Under the pieces are notes generated by a model that was not told where the DNA came from, did not search any database, and saw only the letters and a program-made list of their open reading frames with translations. Below are positions 1 to 10,877 of a stretch of 64,000 nt of DNA, one piece after another (position 1 is the first letter of the stretch; each line of letters begins with the position of its first letter). Location: NCBI GenBank assembly GCA_963664405.1, contig OY761158.1, positions 960,001-1,024,000 of the forward strand, written 5' to 3'. Source of the DNA: Thermoanaerobaculia bacterium (GTDB lineage Bacteria; Acidobacteriota; Thermoanaerobaculia; Multivoradales; Multivoraceae). Made by a program: the position numbers and the translations under genes.

Positions 1-189
1 GCCGTGGCAGGAAACACAGTGATTACTGTAGAGGTAGAACCCGTACTCGATGTCGGTCTGTTCGTAGCCACCCGCATCCTGGGCGCCGAGAGGAAGCCCT
101 GCCATCACCACCATCGATGCAACTCCGACCGACGCCCGCTTGAACGATCCGTACCCGACCCGTACTATCCACTGCCATCGGTTCTTCAT
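1..189 (-). CDS. c-type cytochrome, N-terminal part (runs off window)
   Basis: Manual translation from ATG at 189: MKNRWQW...signal-like segment...YLYSNHCVSCHG, containing a CxxCH heme motif; not in the ORF track. Confidence 0.75.
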   Translation of the reverse strand, partial: MKNRWQWIVRVGYGSFKRASVGVASMVVMAGLPLGAQDAGGYEQTDIEYGFYLYSNHCVSCHG

Positions 190-223
190 GATTGATGAGA
201 TTCTACTCACTTCGAGGTAACTC

Positions 224-1285
224 GTGCCGCACACTCCCATCGGCCGTCTGACGATACTCCTTGCCGCCGTCGCCACCGGCTGCGGAGCGACCGTCGCGAT
301 CGCGCAGCGCGGTGCCGATTTCGGCACCGAACCGCCTCATGTCATTCTGGTCATGGCCGATGACCTGGGCTGGGGCCAGACCAGCTACTACGGCCACCCT
401 CTCCTCGAGACTCCGAACCTCGACGCCATGGCCGACAACGGACTGCGCCTCGACAGGTTCTACGCCGGCGCCCCTTCCTACACTCCGACCCGAGCCAGCG
501 TGCTCACCGGTCGCAACAACGATCGTACCGGGGCGGTCCGGGTTCCCGGCCCGATCAACAAGCAGGAGAAGATGATGCCGGTCGCCTTTCAGAATGCGGG
601 CTACGCGACCGCGCATTTCGGCAAATGGCATCTCAACGGGCTCCACGCCAGGCCGGGTTTACCCATCCTGAAAGAAGACCCTTACCATCCCGGTGAGCTG
701 GGCTTCGACTACTGGCTCAGCTGCTCGAACAATTTCGATCGCGACCCGATCCTGAGTCGCAACGGCGACATCGAAGAATTCGAGGGTGACTCCTCGGAGA
801 TCCTCGTCGAGGAGGCGCTCAGCTTCATCGAGCGAGAGACGGCCCAAGACAAGCGCGTTTTCGTGGTCATATGGTACTCCTCGCCACACCGGCCGTTGGC
901 CGCGTCCGAGGAGGACGCCAAGCCCTTTAGCCATCTCGATCCGGGCTCCCGCGACCACCATGGCGAGATTGTGGCGATGGATCGCTCCATCGGCGCCCTA
1001 CGCAGTGGCCTTCGCGACCTCGGCATCGCCGAGAACACTCTGGTCTGGTTCAAGAGCGATAACGGCGGCCTACCCGACATCGACTACGGCCCTGGCTACG
1101 GCCCCATCGTGCCGGATACCACCGGCCATCTGCGAGGATTCAAGAAGGACTCCTACGAGGGCGGTCTGCGGGTGCCTGCGCTGATCGAGTGGCCGGAGCG
1201 CATTCAGCCACGAATCACCCACTACCCCACCAGCACGATGGACATCTTTCCCACCCTGATCGAGGTCGCGGGCCTCGACCCCCGC
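224..1285 (+). pseudogene. Arylsulfatase-like gene, C-terminally truncated, catalytic Cys replaced by Tyr
   Basis: ADDLGW, GKWHL, SDNGG and YEGGLRVP motifs; signature reads SYTPTRASVLTG instead of CxPxR; similarity stops at ~1282. Confidence 0.7.
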
Positions 1286-3105
1286 CGGCTGCCGAGAACC
1301 GTCCCTATTCACCGTCAGTCGATCGCACTTATCCCGACAACGTCTATTGGGGCGACACCCATCTCCACACCTATCTGTCGGGAGACGCTTTCACTCTCGG
1401 CACCCGCCTCACACCTGAGGACGCCTATCGCTTCGCAAAGGGAGAGACCCTTCGAGCGACCGGCGGCGAGAAAGTACGGCTTCGCCGCCCACTCGACTTT
1501 CTGATGGCGGGCGATCATGCAGAGAATCTGGGAGCGGTGCCGCGGCTCGCAGCCGGTGATCCGAGAGTCGAGGCAAGCGAAGACGGCCGACGCTGGGCGG
1601 AAGTGCTCGCGAGCATTCCAGCGCTACCGGATATTCTGAACGCCGCAGATCCTGAAGGCTTCGATCAGGGCAATCGCGAGCTGGGGATCGCCAAAGGCGC
1701 TTGGCAGGCCGGCTATGCGATCGATGACGACTTCAGGCGCGAGGTCTGGCACGAAGTCATTGCCGTTGCCGAGAAGCACAACGACCCCGGTAGATTCACC
1801 GCCTTTGCCGGCTTCGAGTGGAGCGGGAGGGACCCCGGCATGATCCACAGAAACGTCCTCTTTGCCGGCGGGCCGGAACAGACCCAACAGGTGCTGCCCT
1901 TCTCACGCTTCGACAGCGACAATGAAGAAGACCTCTGGTCCTACCTACAGGACTACATGGATCGGGTCGGGGGCGAAGTGATTGCCATTCCGCACAACAG
2001 CAACCTGAGCGGCGGCCGCATGTTCCGGCCAACCAACTACGACAACCAGCCGTTCACAAGAGCCTACGCCCAGACGCGCTCCTCCTTGGAGCCCATCGTC
2101 GAGGTAACCCAGATCAAAGGCGACAGTGAGACTCACCCGATCATCGCACCTAACGACGAATTCGCCGACTACGAGACCTGGGGCGGCAGCCCTCCCAAGG
2201 CTAAGCCGGGGGCGCCGGCGCCGGACCTCGCCCTCTATGAAGAGAGCGTGGCCAACTCGTATGCCCGCTCGGCGTTGAAGGCAGGGTTGGGTCACGAGGC
2301 CGAGCTGGGGGTGAATCCCTTCAAATTCGGCATGATCGGCAGTACCGACTCCCACACCGCTCTCGCCACCGCCGACGAGGACAACTTCTGGGGCAAGATG
2401 GGCCTCAACGAGCCCAGTCCTTACCGAGCTGTCAAGCAGTGGAGTTTCAGCTCTTCCGGATACGCGGCGGTGTGGGCCGAAGAGAACACCCGAGAATCTC
2501 TGTTTGCGGCGATGAAACGTCGCGAGGTCTATGCCACCACGGGTCCGCGAATGACCGTGCGCTTCTTCGCCGGCTGGGACTACTCCGCCGACGATGCAGC
2601 GAGTCCGAAGCTGTCAGACATCGGCTACGGCAAAGGAGTACCCATGGGCGGCGACCTGGCTCGGGCCCCCACAGGGAAGGTGCCCAGCCTGTTGATTCGA
2701 GCAGTGAAGGACCCCGACGGCGCCAACCTGGATCGCGTGCAAGTGGTCAAAGGCTGGCGCACCAGCTCCGGCGAGCTGCTCGAGCGCGTTTACGACGTAG
2801 CTCTCGCTGATGGCAGAACCGTGGACGCGAAGGGCAAGGTGCAGCCCGTGGGCAGCACGGTCACTCTGCAGGAGCCTACGTACTCGAACAACATTGGCGA
2901 CCCCGAGCTGTATGTGGTTTGGCGCGACCCGGATTTCGATCCCGACGAGCTCGCCTTCTACTACGTGCGAGTGCTGGAGATCCCGACGCCGCGCTGGACG
3001 GCCTACGATGCCAATTTCTACGACCTCGGAGCGCTCCCGAAAGAAGTGCCGGTGATCACACAGGAAAGAGCGTACACCTCGCCGATCTGGTATACGCCCG
3101 AATGA
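1283..3105 (+). CDS. DUF3604 (PHP-like metallohydrolase) protein lacking its native start/signal peptide
   Basis: YWGDTHLHT..S.DA, DHAENLG, HRNV, IPHNSNLS, GSTDSH and QERAYTSPIWY motifs. Confidence 0.8.
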
Positions 3106-3290
3106 GGCGATGAGAAGGATCCTTGGATTCACAGTGGCTCTGGCTTTGCTCGGTCCCTTACCGGTGTCGGAAGCATGCCGAGCGCCACTAGAACCAGCAC
3201 GCCATGCCATCCCTCCTTGATTACTCATGGGTTGAAGAGCCGCCGGGAGAATATACTCTCGTCCAACAATTGAGATACGAAGGGACTCCC

Positions 3291-4148
3291 ATGAAGCACG
3301 CGACACTGTCAGCCATCGGCGCCCTTCTCCTGCTCACGAGCGTCAGTCTCGCCGATTCGATCGACTTCGGTCGCGGCGCACTTCCCATCACGATCCCCGC
3401 CGGCTACAGCGCAGAGCGGCCCGGCCCCTTGGTGCTGCTCATCCACGGCTACACCAGTAGCGGCGAAGGGCAGAACAAGTATCTGAAGATCGGAGCGCTG
3501 GCCGATGAGTACGGTTTCTTCTTCGTCGCTCCGGATGGAACGGTCGAGAAGGAGAAAGACAAGAATCGTTTCTGGAACGCATCGAACGCCTGCTGCGACT
3601 TCCAGGGCTCCAAGGTCGACGACTCGGCCTACCTGCGAAGGATCATCGACGAGATGAAGAGCCGCTATTCGATCGACGCCAGGCGCGTGTTCTTGATGGG
3701 CCACTCCAACGGCGGATTCATGGTGCACCGGATGGCGATGGATCACCCTGAGACGATCGCGGGCATCGTCGCCTTGAACGGTGCGGCACCGCCGAAGCTA
3801 TTGGGGCCACGTCCCTATCGACCCGTCAATGTACTGCATATCCACGGCACCGCCGATGAGCTCAACGATTACAAGGGTGGCGACATCTATGGCGCGCGCT
3901 ATCCCGGCGCAAGGGAGTCGGCTGCGAGTTGGGCCGCATTCGCGTGGGGCGCAAGTTTCGGTGTCGATCTGCCGGAGCGGATCGATATCGACTCTTCCCT
4001 CGAAGGGAAGGAGACTGTCGTGACTCAATGGGCCGACGGTCATGTCGAGCTGTGGACGATCGAAGAAGGTGGACACATTCCGCGGTTCCCCGAAGGCTTC
4101 AATCGACGCGTCATCGAGTGGATGTACGCGCATCCGAAGGGGATGTAG
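3291..4148 (+). CDS. Secreted alpha/beta hydrolase (PHB depolymerase/LpqP-like esterase)
   Basis: Signal peptide, LLIHGY, WNASNACC, GHSNGG nucleophile elbow, HIHGTAD. Confidence 0.8.
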   Translation: MKHATLSAIGALLLLTSVSLADSIDFGRGALPITIPAGYSAERPGPLVLLIHGYTSSGEGQNKYLKIGALADEYGFFFVAPDGTVEKEKDKNRFWNASNACCDFQGSKVDDSAYLRRIIDEMKSRYSIDARRVFLMGHSNGGFMVHRMAMDHPETIAGIVALNGAAPPKLLGPRPYRPVNVLHIHGTADELNDYKGGDIYGARYPGARESAASWAAFAWGASFGVDLPERIDIDSSLEGKETVVTQWADGHVELWTIEEGGHIPRFPEGFNRRVIEWMYAHPKGM

Positions 4149-4228
4149 GAAAGAAACGGCCTGGCGCAAGTAAGTCCCCTCCAGCAAAGACGAATCCTCA
4201 CTGAAAGAAAGGGCAGAGAACTAGGACC

Positions 4229-5005
4229 ATGGAACTACAAGACAAGGTTGCCGTTATTACTGGTGGCGCCGGCGGCATCGGTCGCGCGATGGCCCAGGCG
4301 TTTCTCGACGAAGGCGCCCGCGCCATCGTCCTGGCGGATCTGAGCGAAGAGGCCGTACAGGCGGCTGCGAGTGAGATCGGCTGTGACGGCATTGCCTGCG
4401 ATGTCACCAATGAGGAACAGGTTGCCGCACTGGTCGAGCGGACGCTGGAAAAACACGGTCAGATCGACCTCTTCTGCTCGAACGCGGGCGCCGGTGGCCC
4501 GGGGCTGCTGACCGACGCCGACAACGAGGTATGGCAGAAGCAATGGGAGCTTCACGTGATGGCGCATCTCTACGCCGCACGAGCCGTTCTGCCATCGATG
4601 ATCGCCAGGGGCGGTGGTTACCTGCTCAACACCGCCTCCGCCGCCGGCCTCCTGGCCGCAATGGGCTCCGGCCCCTATACGGTGACCAAGGCGGCGGCCG
4701 TGAAGCTGGCGGAGTTCCTGGCGATCACACACGGGGACGAAGGCATCAAGGTTTCGGTGCTCTGCCCCCAGGGAGTCAACACCGCGATGGCGCCTAAGAG
4801 CCTGGGTGACGGCCAGACCGACGGCGTGATCGAGCCTGAAGCCCTCGCTCAGACGGTTGTCGAGACGCTCAGAGAGGAGCGCTTTCATGTTCTCCCCCAC
4901 CCCGAGGTCGAAGAATATGTGCGTCGAAAGGGCAACGACATCGACCGTTGGCTAGGGGGGATGCAGCGACTCCGGCGGCGCTCAGGTGGCGGCGAGCAGG
5001 CGTAG
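4229..5005 (+). CDS. Short-chain dehydrogenase/reductase
   Basis: TGGAGGIG, NAG and YTVTK motifs. Confidence 0.9.
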   Translation: MELQDKVAVITGGAGGIGRAMAQAFLDEGARAIVLADLSEEAVQAAASEIGCDGIACDVTNEEQVAALVERTLEKHGQIDLFCSNAGAGGPGLLTDADNEVWQKQWELHVMAHLYAARAVLPSMIARGGGYLLNTASAAGLLAAMGSGPYTVTKAAAVKLAEFLAITHGDEGIKVSVLCPQGVNTAMAPKSLGDGQTDGVIEPEALAQTVVETLREERFHVLPHPEVEEYVRRKGNDIDRWLGGMQRLRRRSGGGEQA

Positions 5006-5052
5006 TAGAGATCGCACGCCCCAAAACAACTCATTCCTCGAGGAGCCTCCGC

Positions 5053-6849
5053 ATAGAGACTCATGAGTACCGACTCACGACGGTCGCCTTCATGGTGGCG
5101 GCCGTCGCCTCGCTGAACCCATCGCCGGGAGTCGCTCAGGCTCGGTCTTCGGACTTCATTCCGGTGACCGACGCGATGCTGCAGGATCCAGCGCCGGGAG
5201 ACTGGCTGATGTTTCGCCGCACTCTCGACAGTTGGGGCTATAGCCCCTTGGACGAGATCAACCGAGAAAACGTCAGCGAGCTACGGATGGTGTGGTCACG
5301 CGCACTGGCGCCGAGCACCTCGGAGATCACCCCCCTGGCCTACGACGGAGTCCTCTACGTACCGCAGGTGAGCGATGTCATTCAGGCCATCGATGCCCTG
5401 ACCGGCGACCTCATCTGGGACTACACCCGCGAGCTGCCGTCGGATGTCTACACCCACGTCGGCCTCGGCGCCGCCAACAATCGCAACATCGCGATCTACG
5501 GCCGATTCATCATCAACACCAGCGACGACAACTACGCCTTCGCCCTCGATGCAGATTCCGGCGAGATCGCCTGGGAGACCAAGATCTTCGACTACAAGGT
5601 CCATTCCGCCACCCACAGCTCAGGACCGATCATTGCCGACGGCAAGGTCATCTCGGGACGGAGTTGCCGACCCTGGGCTGGGCCGGACGCCTGCGTGATG
5701 ATCGCCCACGACGCTCGCACCGGCAGAGAACTGTGGCGGCGGCGCACGATCCCGGCTCCCGGCGAGCCGGGTGACGAGACCTGGGGCGGTGTTCCCGAGG
5801 AAGATCGGCAGCACGTCGGCACCTGGATGGTTCCGAGCTACGACCCCGAGCTGCGCCTCATCTACTTCGGCACCGGGGTCACGTCGCCGGCACCGAAGTT
5901 CATGCTCGGGGGCATCGACAAGACGCACCTCTACCACAACTCGACGCTTGCGCTCGATGTGGACACGGGTGAGATCAAGTGGTACTTCCAGCATATGAAC
6001 GACCACTGGGACATGGACCATCCTTTCGAGCGCATCCTCCTCGACACCGTCGTCCAACCCGATCCTGAGGCTGTGCGCTGGATCAACCCGGCCCTCCAAT
6101 CCGGGGAAGTCCGGAAGGTCATCACCGGCATTCCCGGCAAGACCGGACTGGTCTACACCCTCGATCGCGAGACCGGCGAGTTTCTGTGGGCAACGCCCAC
6201 GGTTCCGCAGAATGTGATCGACGACATCGACACCACCACCGGGCGAGCCACCGAGAACTCCGAGGTAGTGTTCACAGAGCTCGAGCAGGAAGTCTTCGTG
6301 TGCCCCACCTCGACGGGAGGCAAAGACTGGGAGGCCGGCGCCTATAGCCCCCTCACGAGGACGATGTACTTCCCACTCCACAATGCCTGTGCGGACATGT
6401 TGGTGACCGATAACCTCGATAGCGCTCGGGCCCAAGCGATGAGGCAGAGACTCTCGTCCTACTCGCTGGCCGTAGAACACAAAATCGCCCCGGGCACAGA
6501 CCAGCTGGGAAGCGTGCAAGCGATCTCGGCCGAGACCGGCGAGACCAGATGGCTCTACCGAACGCGGGCGTCGACGACGTCGCTGGTAGCCACCGGTGGC
6601 GGCCTGCTCTTCGGTGGCGACGAGAACGGACGATTCCGCGCCTTCGACCAGGATACCGGCGAGGTCTTGTGGGAGATCAATCTCGGATCGTCGGTGATGG
6701 GCTTTCCGATCAGCTACAGCGTCGACGGACGCCAGTACGTGGCCGTCTCGACCGGCCCGGGCAGAGTCATCAACATGAACATGACCCCCGAGCTCCGCCC
6801 CAGCCGAGGGAGCAACCTCTTCGTGTTTGCCCTCACTAAAGGAGACTAA
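5053..6849 (+). CDS. PQQ-dependent dehydrogenase (quinoprotein alcohol dehydrogenase-like); start uncertain
   Basis: GDWLMFRRT..WGYSPL, Trp-docking repeats, DHWDMD, GRQYVAV. Confidence 0.85.
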   Translation: METHEYRLTTVAFMVAAVASLNPSPGVAQARSSDFIPVTDAMLQDPAPGDWLMFRRTLDSWGYSPLDEINRENVSELRMVWSRALAPSTSEITPLAYDGVLYVPQVSDVIQAIDALTGDLIWDYTRELPSDVYTHVGLGAANNRNIAIYGRFIINTSDDNYAFALDADSGEIAWETKIFDYKVHSATHSSGPIIADGKVISGRSCRPWAGPDACVMIAHDARTGRELWRRRTIPAPGEPGDETWGGVPEEDRQHVGTWMVPSYDPELRLIYFGTGVTSPAPKFMLGGIDKTHLYHNSTLALDVDTGEIKWYFQHMNDHWDMDHPFERILLDTVVQPDPEAVRWINPALQSGEVRKVITGIPGKTGLVYTLDRETGEFLWATPTVPQNVIDDIDTTTGRATENSEVVFTELEQEVFVCPTSTGGKDWEAGAYSPLTRTMYFPLHNACADMLVTDNLDSARAQAMRQRLSSYSLAVEHKIAPGTDQLGSVQAISAETGETRWLYRTRASTTSLVATGGGLLFGGDENGRFRAFDQDTGEVLWEINLGSSVMGFPISYSVDGRQYVAVSTGPGRVINMNMTPELRPSRGSNLFVFALTKGD

Positions 6850-6854
6850 GTCTC

Positions 6855-8339
6855 ATGCCGAAGGTAGTCATCGGTACCGCCTTCCTCGCTCTCGCGTTCG
6901 TTCACCTCGCCTGCACGGCTCCCGCCGCCCAGGCGCCTGATACGAGCGCAGACACAGCGGCGCAGACGCGGCCCAACTTCGTAATCATCTTCGCCGACGA
7001 TCAGGGCTACGGCGATCTGGGTATCTACGGGGCCACCGACTTTGCGACGCCTCGCATCGACAGGTTGGCGCAAGAAGGTCTGCGCTTCACCGCCTTCTAT
7101 GCGCAGCGCTACTGTGGCCCATCGCGAACGGCTCTTCTCACCGGCTCTTACCCCACTCGCGTCGGCGAGTACGGCAATGAGAAGCGAGCCTTCCCCTATG
7201 TACACGAAGAAGAGATCCTCCTGCCTCGAGTGCTCCAGGAAGCCGGCTATGCCACCGCTTGGATCGGCAAGCTCGACATCACCATGCGCCGAAACGGTTT
7301 TCGACCGGAGCTCAACCCGGTGCGGCGCGGCTTCGACTACTGGTTCGGGCCGGTAGGAGCGAACGACAGCGGCGAGGTCCACTGGATCCACCGCAACGAA
7401 GAGAAGATCGAAGAATCCGCGAGGCTCGCCGACCTGACCCGCCGCTACACCGATGAGGCGCTCGACTTCATTCGCCGCAGTCAGGAGCAGCCTTTCTTTC
7501 TCTACGTCGCGCATACCATGCCCCATGTCGTCCTCGACGCTAGCGAGGCCTTTCGTGGCCGCACCTCGCGCCTCTACGGCGACGTCATCGAAGAGCTCGA
7601 TGCCAGTACGGGCGAGATCGTCGACCTGCTCGAGGAGCTCGATCTGGCTGAGAACACCGTCGTCGTCTACACCTCCGACAACGGACCGTGGAGCAATCAC
7701 TCACTGCCGCGTTACGCCGACGACATCGAGCAGCACGCCGGCTCCTCCGGTCCCCTGCGAGGCGCCAAGGCCACCACCTGGGAGGGAGGGATCCGTGTTC
7801 CCGCAGTCGCCTGGGGGCCCGGACTCATCCCGCCGGGCCGAGTGACCTCCGAGATCGCAACGACAATGGATCTACTCCCAACCTTCATCTCGATGGCCGG
7901 TGCTTCACTCCCGGCCGACCGCATTCTCGACGGTCGTGACATCTCGCCGCTGCTTCTCGGAGAGCCCGACGCCACGAGCCCGCACGAGGCGTTCTACTAC
8001 TACACCGAGACTCAGCTAGATGCGGTGCGCAGCGGGCCGTGGAAGCTCGTCTTCCCGCGGCCCGGTCGCGACGATACCGAGTGGCTGCTGTCGAAGACCG
8101 GGAACTTCCTCGGAGAGATTCTCCAGCCCGTGAAGGAGCTCTCCCTCTACAACCTCGAAAGTGACATCGGCGAGCGTCGCAATGTAAGCGGAGAGCACCC
8201 CGACGTAGTGGCACGCCTCGAGACCCTGGCGGAGTCGGCCAGGGATGAGCTAGGCGACTACGACCGTATCGGTGCCGGAGTGCGCTTCTTCGAAGACGGA
8301 GCGAAGTGGCCGAATCGAAAGCGGTGGATCACGCATTGA
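6855..8339 (+). CDS. Arylsulfatase (formylglycine-type)
   Basis: FADDQGYGD, CGPSRTALLTG (CxPxR), SDNGPW, WEGGIRVP. Confidence 0.9.
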   Translation: MPKVVIGTAFLALAFVHLACTAPAAQAPDTSADTAAQTRPNFVIIFADDQGYGDLGIYGATDFATPRIDRLAQEGLRFTAFYAQRYCGPSRTALLTGSYPTRVGEYGNEKRAFPYVHEEEILLPRVLQEAGYATAWIGKLDITMRRNGFRPELNPVRRGFDYWFGPVGANDSGEVHWIHRNEEKIEESARLADLTRRYTDEALDFIRRSQEQPFFLYVAHTMPHVVLDASEAFRGRTSRLYGDVIEELDASTGEIVDLLEELDLAENTVVVYTSDNGPWSNHSLPRYADDIEQHAGSSGPLRGAKATTWEGGIRVPAVAWGPGLIPPGRVTSEIATTMDLLPTFISMAGASLPADRILDGRDISPLLLGEPDATSPHEAFYYYTETQLDAVRSGPWKLVFPRPGRDDTEWLLSKTGNFLGEILQPVKELSLYNLESDIGERRNVSGEHPDVVARLETLAESARDELGDYDRIGAGVRFFEDGAKWPNRKRWITH

Positions 8340-8378
8340 CCGACGAAGGGCCAACCGCAGGCAGCGCCAGGCCGCTGA

Positions 8379-8557
8379 CTAGACGAGCGTTTCCGAAGTT
8401 CGAGTCGCATAGCTCGAGGTCATTCTGTTCGCTGGCAAGGCGCGCCGACGCAGGCATATTGGGAATCTGTCGAGGAGCGCGGGGGCGCCTAGCCAACGCC
8501 GCCAGCGGGCAGAAGGGGCCGAGATAGGTAGCGCGAACTTTGGAAACGCTGGTCTAG
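8379..8557 (+). repeat. CTAG-bounded palindromic MITE-like element, copy 1 (179 bp, 13 bp longer than copies 2-4)
   Basis: Ends CTAGACGAGCGTTTCCGAAGTTCG and CGAACTTTGGAAACGCTGGTCTAG; closely matches copies at 17479, 20204 and 32047. Confidence 0.9.
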
Positions 8558-10797
8558 TCCACATAACCCAAGGCTCTCATCTGTTCGAGGACCTCCGGCT
8601 CGAGATCCTCTTCATCGACCGTGGGAACCGCCTCCGTGGAAGCTTCCACGGAGGTCAGCAGGATGCGGAAGTACTCGCTCAGAATCGGCCACTCGGCGGC
8701 GACGTTAGTTCTCTCACCAGGATCCGAGACGCGGTCGTAGAGCTGGACGTCGGAGCCCATATTCTCGGACTGCGGCAGAATGAATCGATGCGTCGGTGTA
8801 GTAACGCTCCGCCCTGTGAACCCGTCAACATCGATCGTCGAGAGGATCCACCCGCCCCCCCCATCCGAGGCCGCTGAGCCCCGTAGGATCGGCATCAGGT
8901 CGCGGCCTTCGACAATTTTCGGTGCCTCGACGCCAAGGTACGCCAGGAGGGTCGGGAGCAGGTCGACGTGCTGGACAGGCTGCTCGATCCGCGCCCCGCG
9001 TGCGAGATCGGGAAAGCGGACGATGAGGGGCACATCGAGGACTTCGGTATAGAGCGAGTGGCCGTGCTGCCAGCGGCCGTGCTCACGGAACTCCTCGCCG
9101 TGGTCGGAAACGAATACGACGATAGTGTCGGCGGCGACTGGAGAGCGTTCCAGGATGTCTAGAAAGTCGCCGAAGTTCGCGTCGGCACCGGCAACTTCGG
9201 CATCGTAGAGGGCGAAGAGGTCGGCCGTGAGCTCGGGACTGGCCTGGACTTCGTCGTGGGCCAGCTGCCGGAGGATTCGCAGTGAAGTGAGCTCGGAGTC
9301 GTCGGCGTTGGGGGCGAATCGTTGCTGGAAGCCTGGAGAGGGTGAGTAGGGTGCATGGGGCTCCACGGTGTGTAGATACACAAGAAAAGGACGGCTCTCG
9401 TCTTCGCGCTCCGAGAGCCAGCGCTCGAAGGTCTTGTTGAGATCTCGGGCCGGCCCTCGGCCGGTCAGGCGATAATTGTCGAACCCCTGGCCTAGCCCGA
9501 AGCGTCCTGCCACGTTGGGGTTATTGACCCAGCCCATCGTCGCGTACCCCTCGTCGCGGAGTACCTCGGCCAGGGTCACGTTATCTTCGGCCAGCCGATG
9601 GCGCCGATCCTGAACGCCATGGGTATCCGGCCCCAGGCCAGTGAAGATCGACGCCACCGAAGGCCGCGTCCACGATGACTGCGCGACCGCCTGCTCGAAG
9701 AGCGTGGCTGTTTCAGCGAACCCGTCGATCCTCGGCATCAGTGACCGATCGGCTCCATAGCCACCCAGACGATCTGCTCTGAGGGCGTCGACCATATAGA
9801 TCACGACGTTCTCGCGTCGGCCGGCGCCTTCTGCGTGTGTGGGCCTCTCTGGCATCTCCGGAAATTCGATTCGTGGCAGCTCGAGGCGCAAGGGGCTCGA
9901 GCTTGCCCCGGCTCCGCCCGCCGACCTCGAGATCGCGGCGAAGGAGAGACGCACCACCCCGGCTTGGCCGCCTAGCCCGAGCCGCTGACCTCCATCGGCG
10001 TTCCCCAGCTCGGCCGAGATCGGCGGCTCCTGATCCCGAGCGACATCGATCTTGAGGACTCCTTCGTCGTCTCCACTCAAATCGTCAATCACCAGCATCG
10101 CGCCGGCGGGCAGCCGGAGGTAGTAATCGACCTGTGTTCCGTACGGAAGGATCAGCTCGTTGGAGCGCACTTCCACCTGGCTCTTCTCACGCGGCGCCGG
10201 GCCTTGAAAAGAGACAGAGTCCCAGGCGGCTGCGAGCTCTCTCTTGTCTTCTGTCCCAAGCACCTCGCTGGGCGCCACCGCAAAGGCGCTGCGAAGAAGC
10301 AGCTCGTTGGAGCCCCTTCGCAAGGCGCGAGCAGGGAGGTCGAAACGCAGCGTCCCGCCGCCCTCCGCCAGCGGTGCCTCGTCGAGTACGACTCCGTTGA
10401 CCTCGACACCGATTGTCTGGCCGCCGGAATCGGGATAGGCCAAAGACCAGCCGCGCAGCTCCAAGCGGAGATCGTGGGAACCGAGGGCGAAAAAGGAGAG
10501 GGTCGACTCGCGGCCGACAGCCCAGACGAAGGTCCTCTCGCCTGGGGTCCCCTCGTCCGTGGACCAACCCTCACGAAGAACAAGACGCCCAGCCTCGGTG
10601 CCGAGATCGAAAGCCGCCGTCTCTTGCCGTACCTGAGCATCAGGGAAGGCCGCTAGTAGGTCCAAGCCGGCGCCGCGCCGAGGCGCTGCCGCTTCGCGCC
10701 CGCCGCAGCCATTGGCCATGACGGCCATCGAAACGGCAAGCAGGGTCGGAGCGAAAGCGAAGGGCCTCGAGATCCCGGCGGCGATCACGGCTTGCAA
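8554..10797 (-). CDS. Sulfatase-like hydrolase/transferase lipoprotein; start uncertain
   Basis: VDALRADRLG, QSSWTRPS, SDHGEEF, LRALGY-type C-terminus; N-terminal beta domains; lipobox-like ANGC. Confidence 0.85.
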   Translation of the reverse strand: MQAVIAAGISRPFAFAPTLLAVSMAVMANGCGGREAAAPRRGAGLDLLAAFPDAQVRQETAAFDLGTEAGRLVLREGWSTDEGTPGERTFVWAVGRESTLSFFALGSHDLRLELRGWSLAYPDSGGQTIGVEVNGVVLDEAPLAEGGGTLRFDLPARALRRGSNELLLRSAFAVAPSEVLGTEDKRELAAAWDSVSFQGPAPREKSQVEVRSNELILPYGTQVDYYLRLPAGAMLVIDDLSGDDEGVLKIDVARDQEPPISAELGNADGGQRLGLGGQAGVVRLSFAAISRSAGGAGASSSPLRLELPRIEFPEMPERPTHAEGAGRRENVVIYMVDALRADRLGGYGADRSLMPRIDGFAETATLFEQAVAQSSWTRPSVASIFTGLGPDTHGVQDRRHRLAEDNVTLAEVLRDEGYATMGWVNNPNVAGRFGLGQGFDNYRLTGRGPARDLNKTFERWLSEREDESRPFLVYLHTVEPHAPYSPSPGFQQRFAPNADDSELTSLRILRQLAHDEVQASPELTADLFALYDAEVAGADANFGDFLDILERSPVAADTIVVFVSDHGEEFREHGRWQHGHSLYTEVLDVPLIVRFPDLARGARIEQPVQHVDLLPTLLAYLGVEAPKIVEGRDLMPILRGSAASDGGGGWILSTIDVDGFTGRSVTTPTHRFILPQSENMGSDVQLYDRVSDPGERTNVAAEWPILSEYFRILLTSVEASTEAVPTVDEEDLEPEVLEQMRALGYVD

Positions 10798-10877
10798 TCG
10801 TACCCCTTCACTCGAAAGCGCGGTGTGGAATCGGGCGCCAGTGCCGTCCTTCCTAGTGCCATGTCGGAGACACAACA

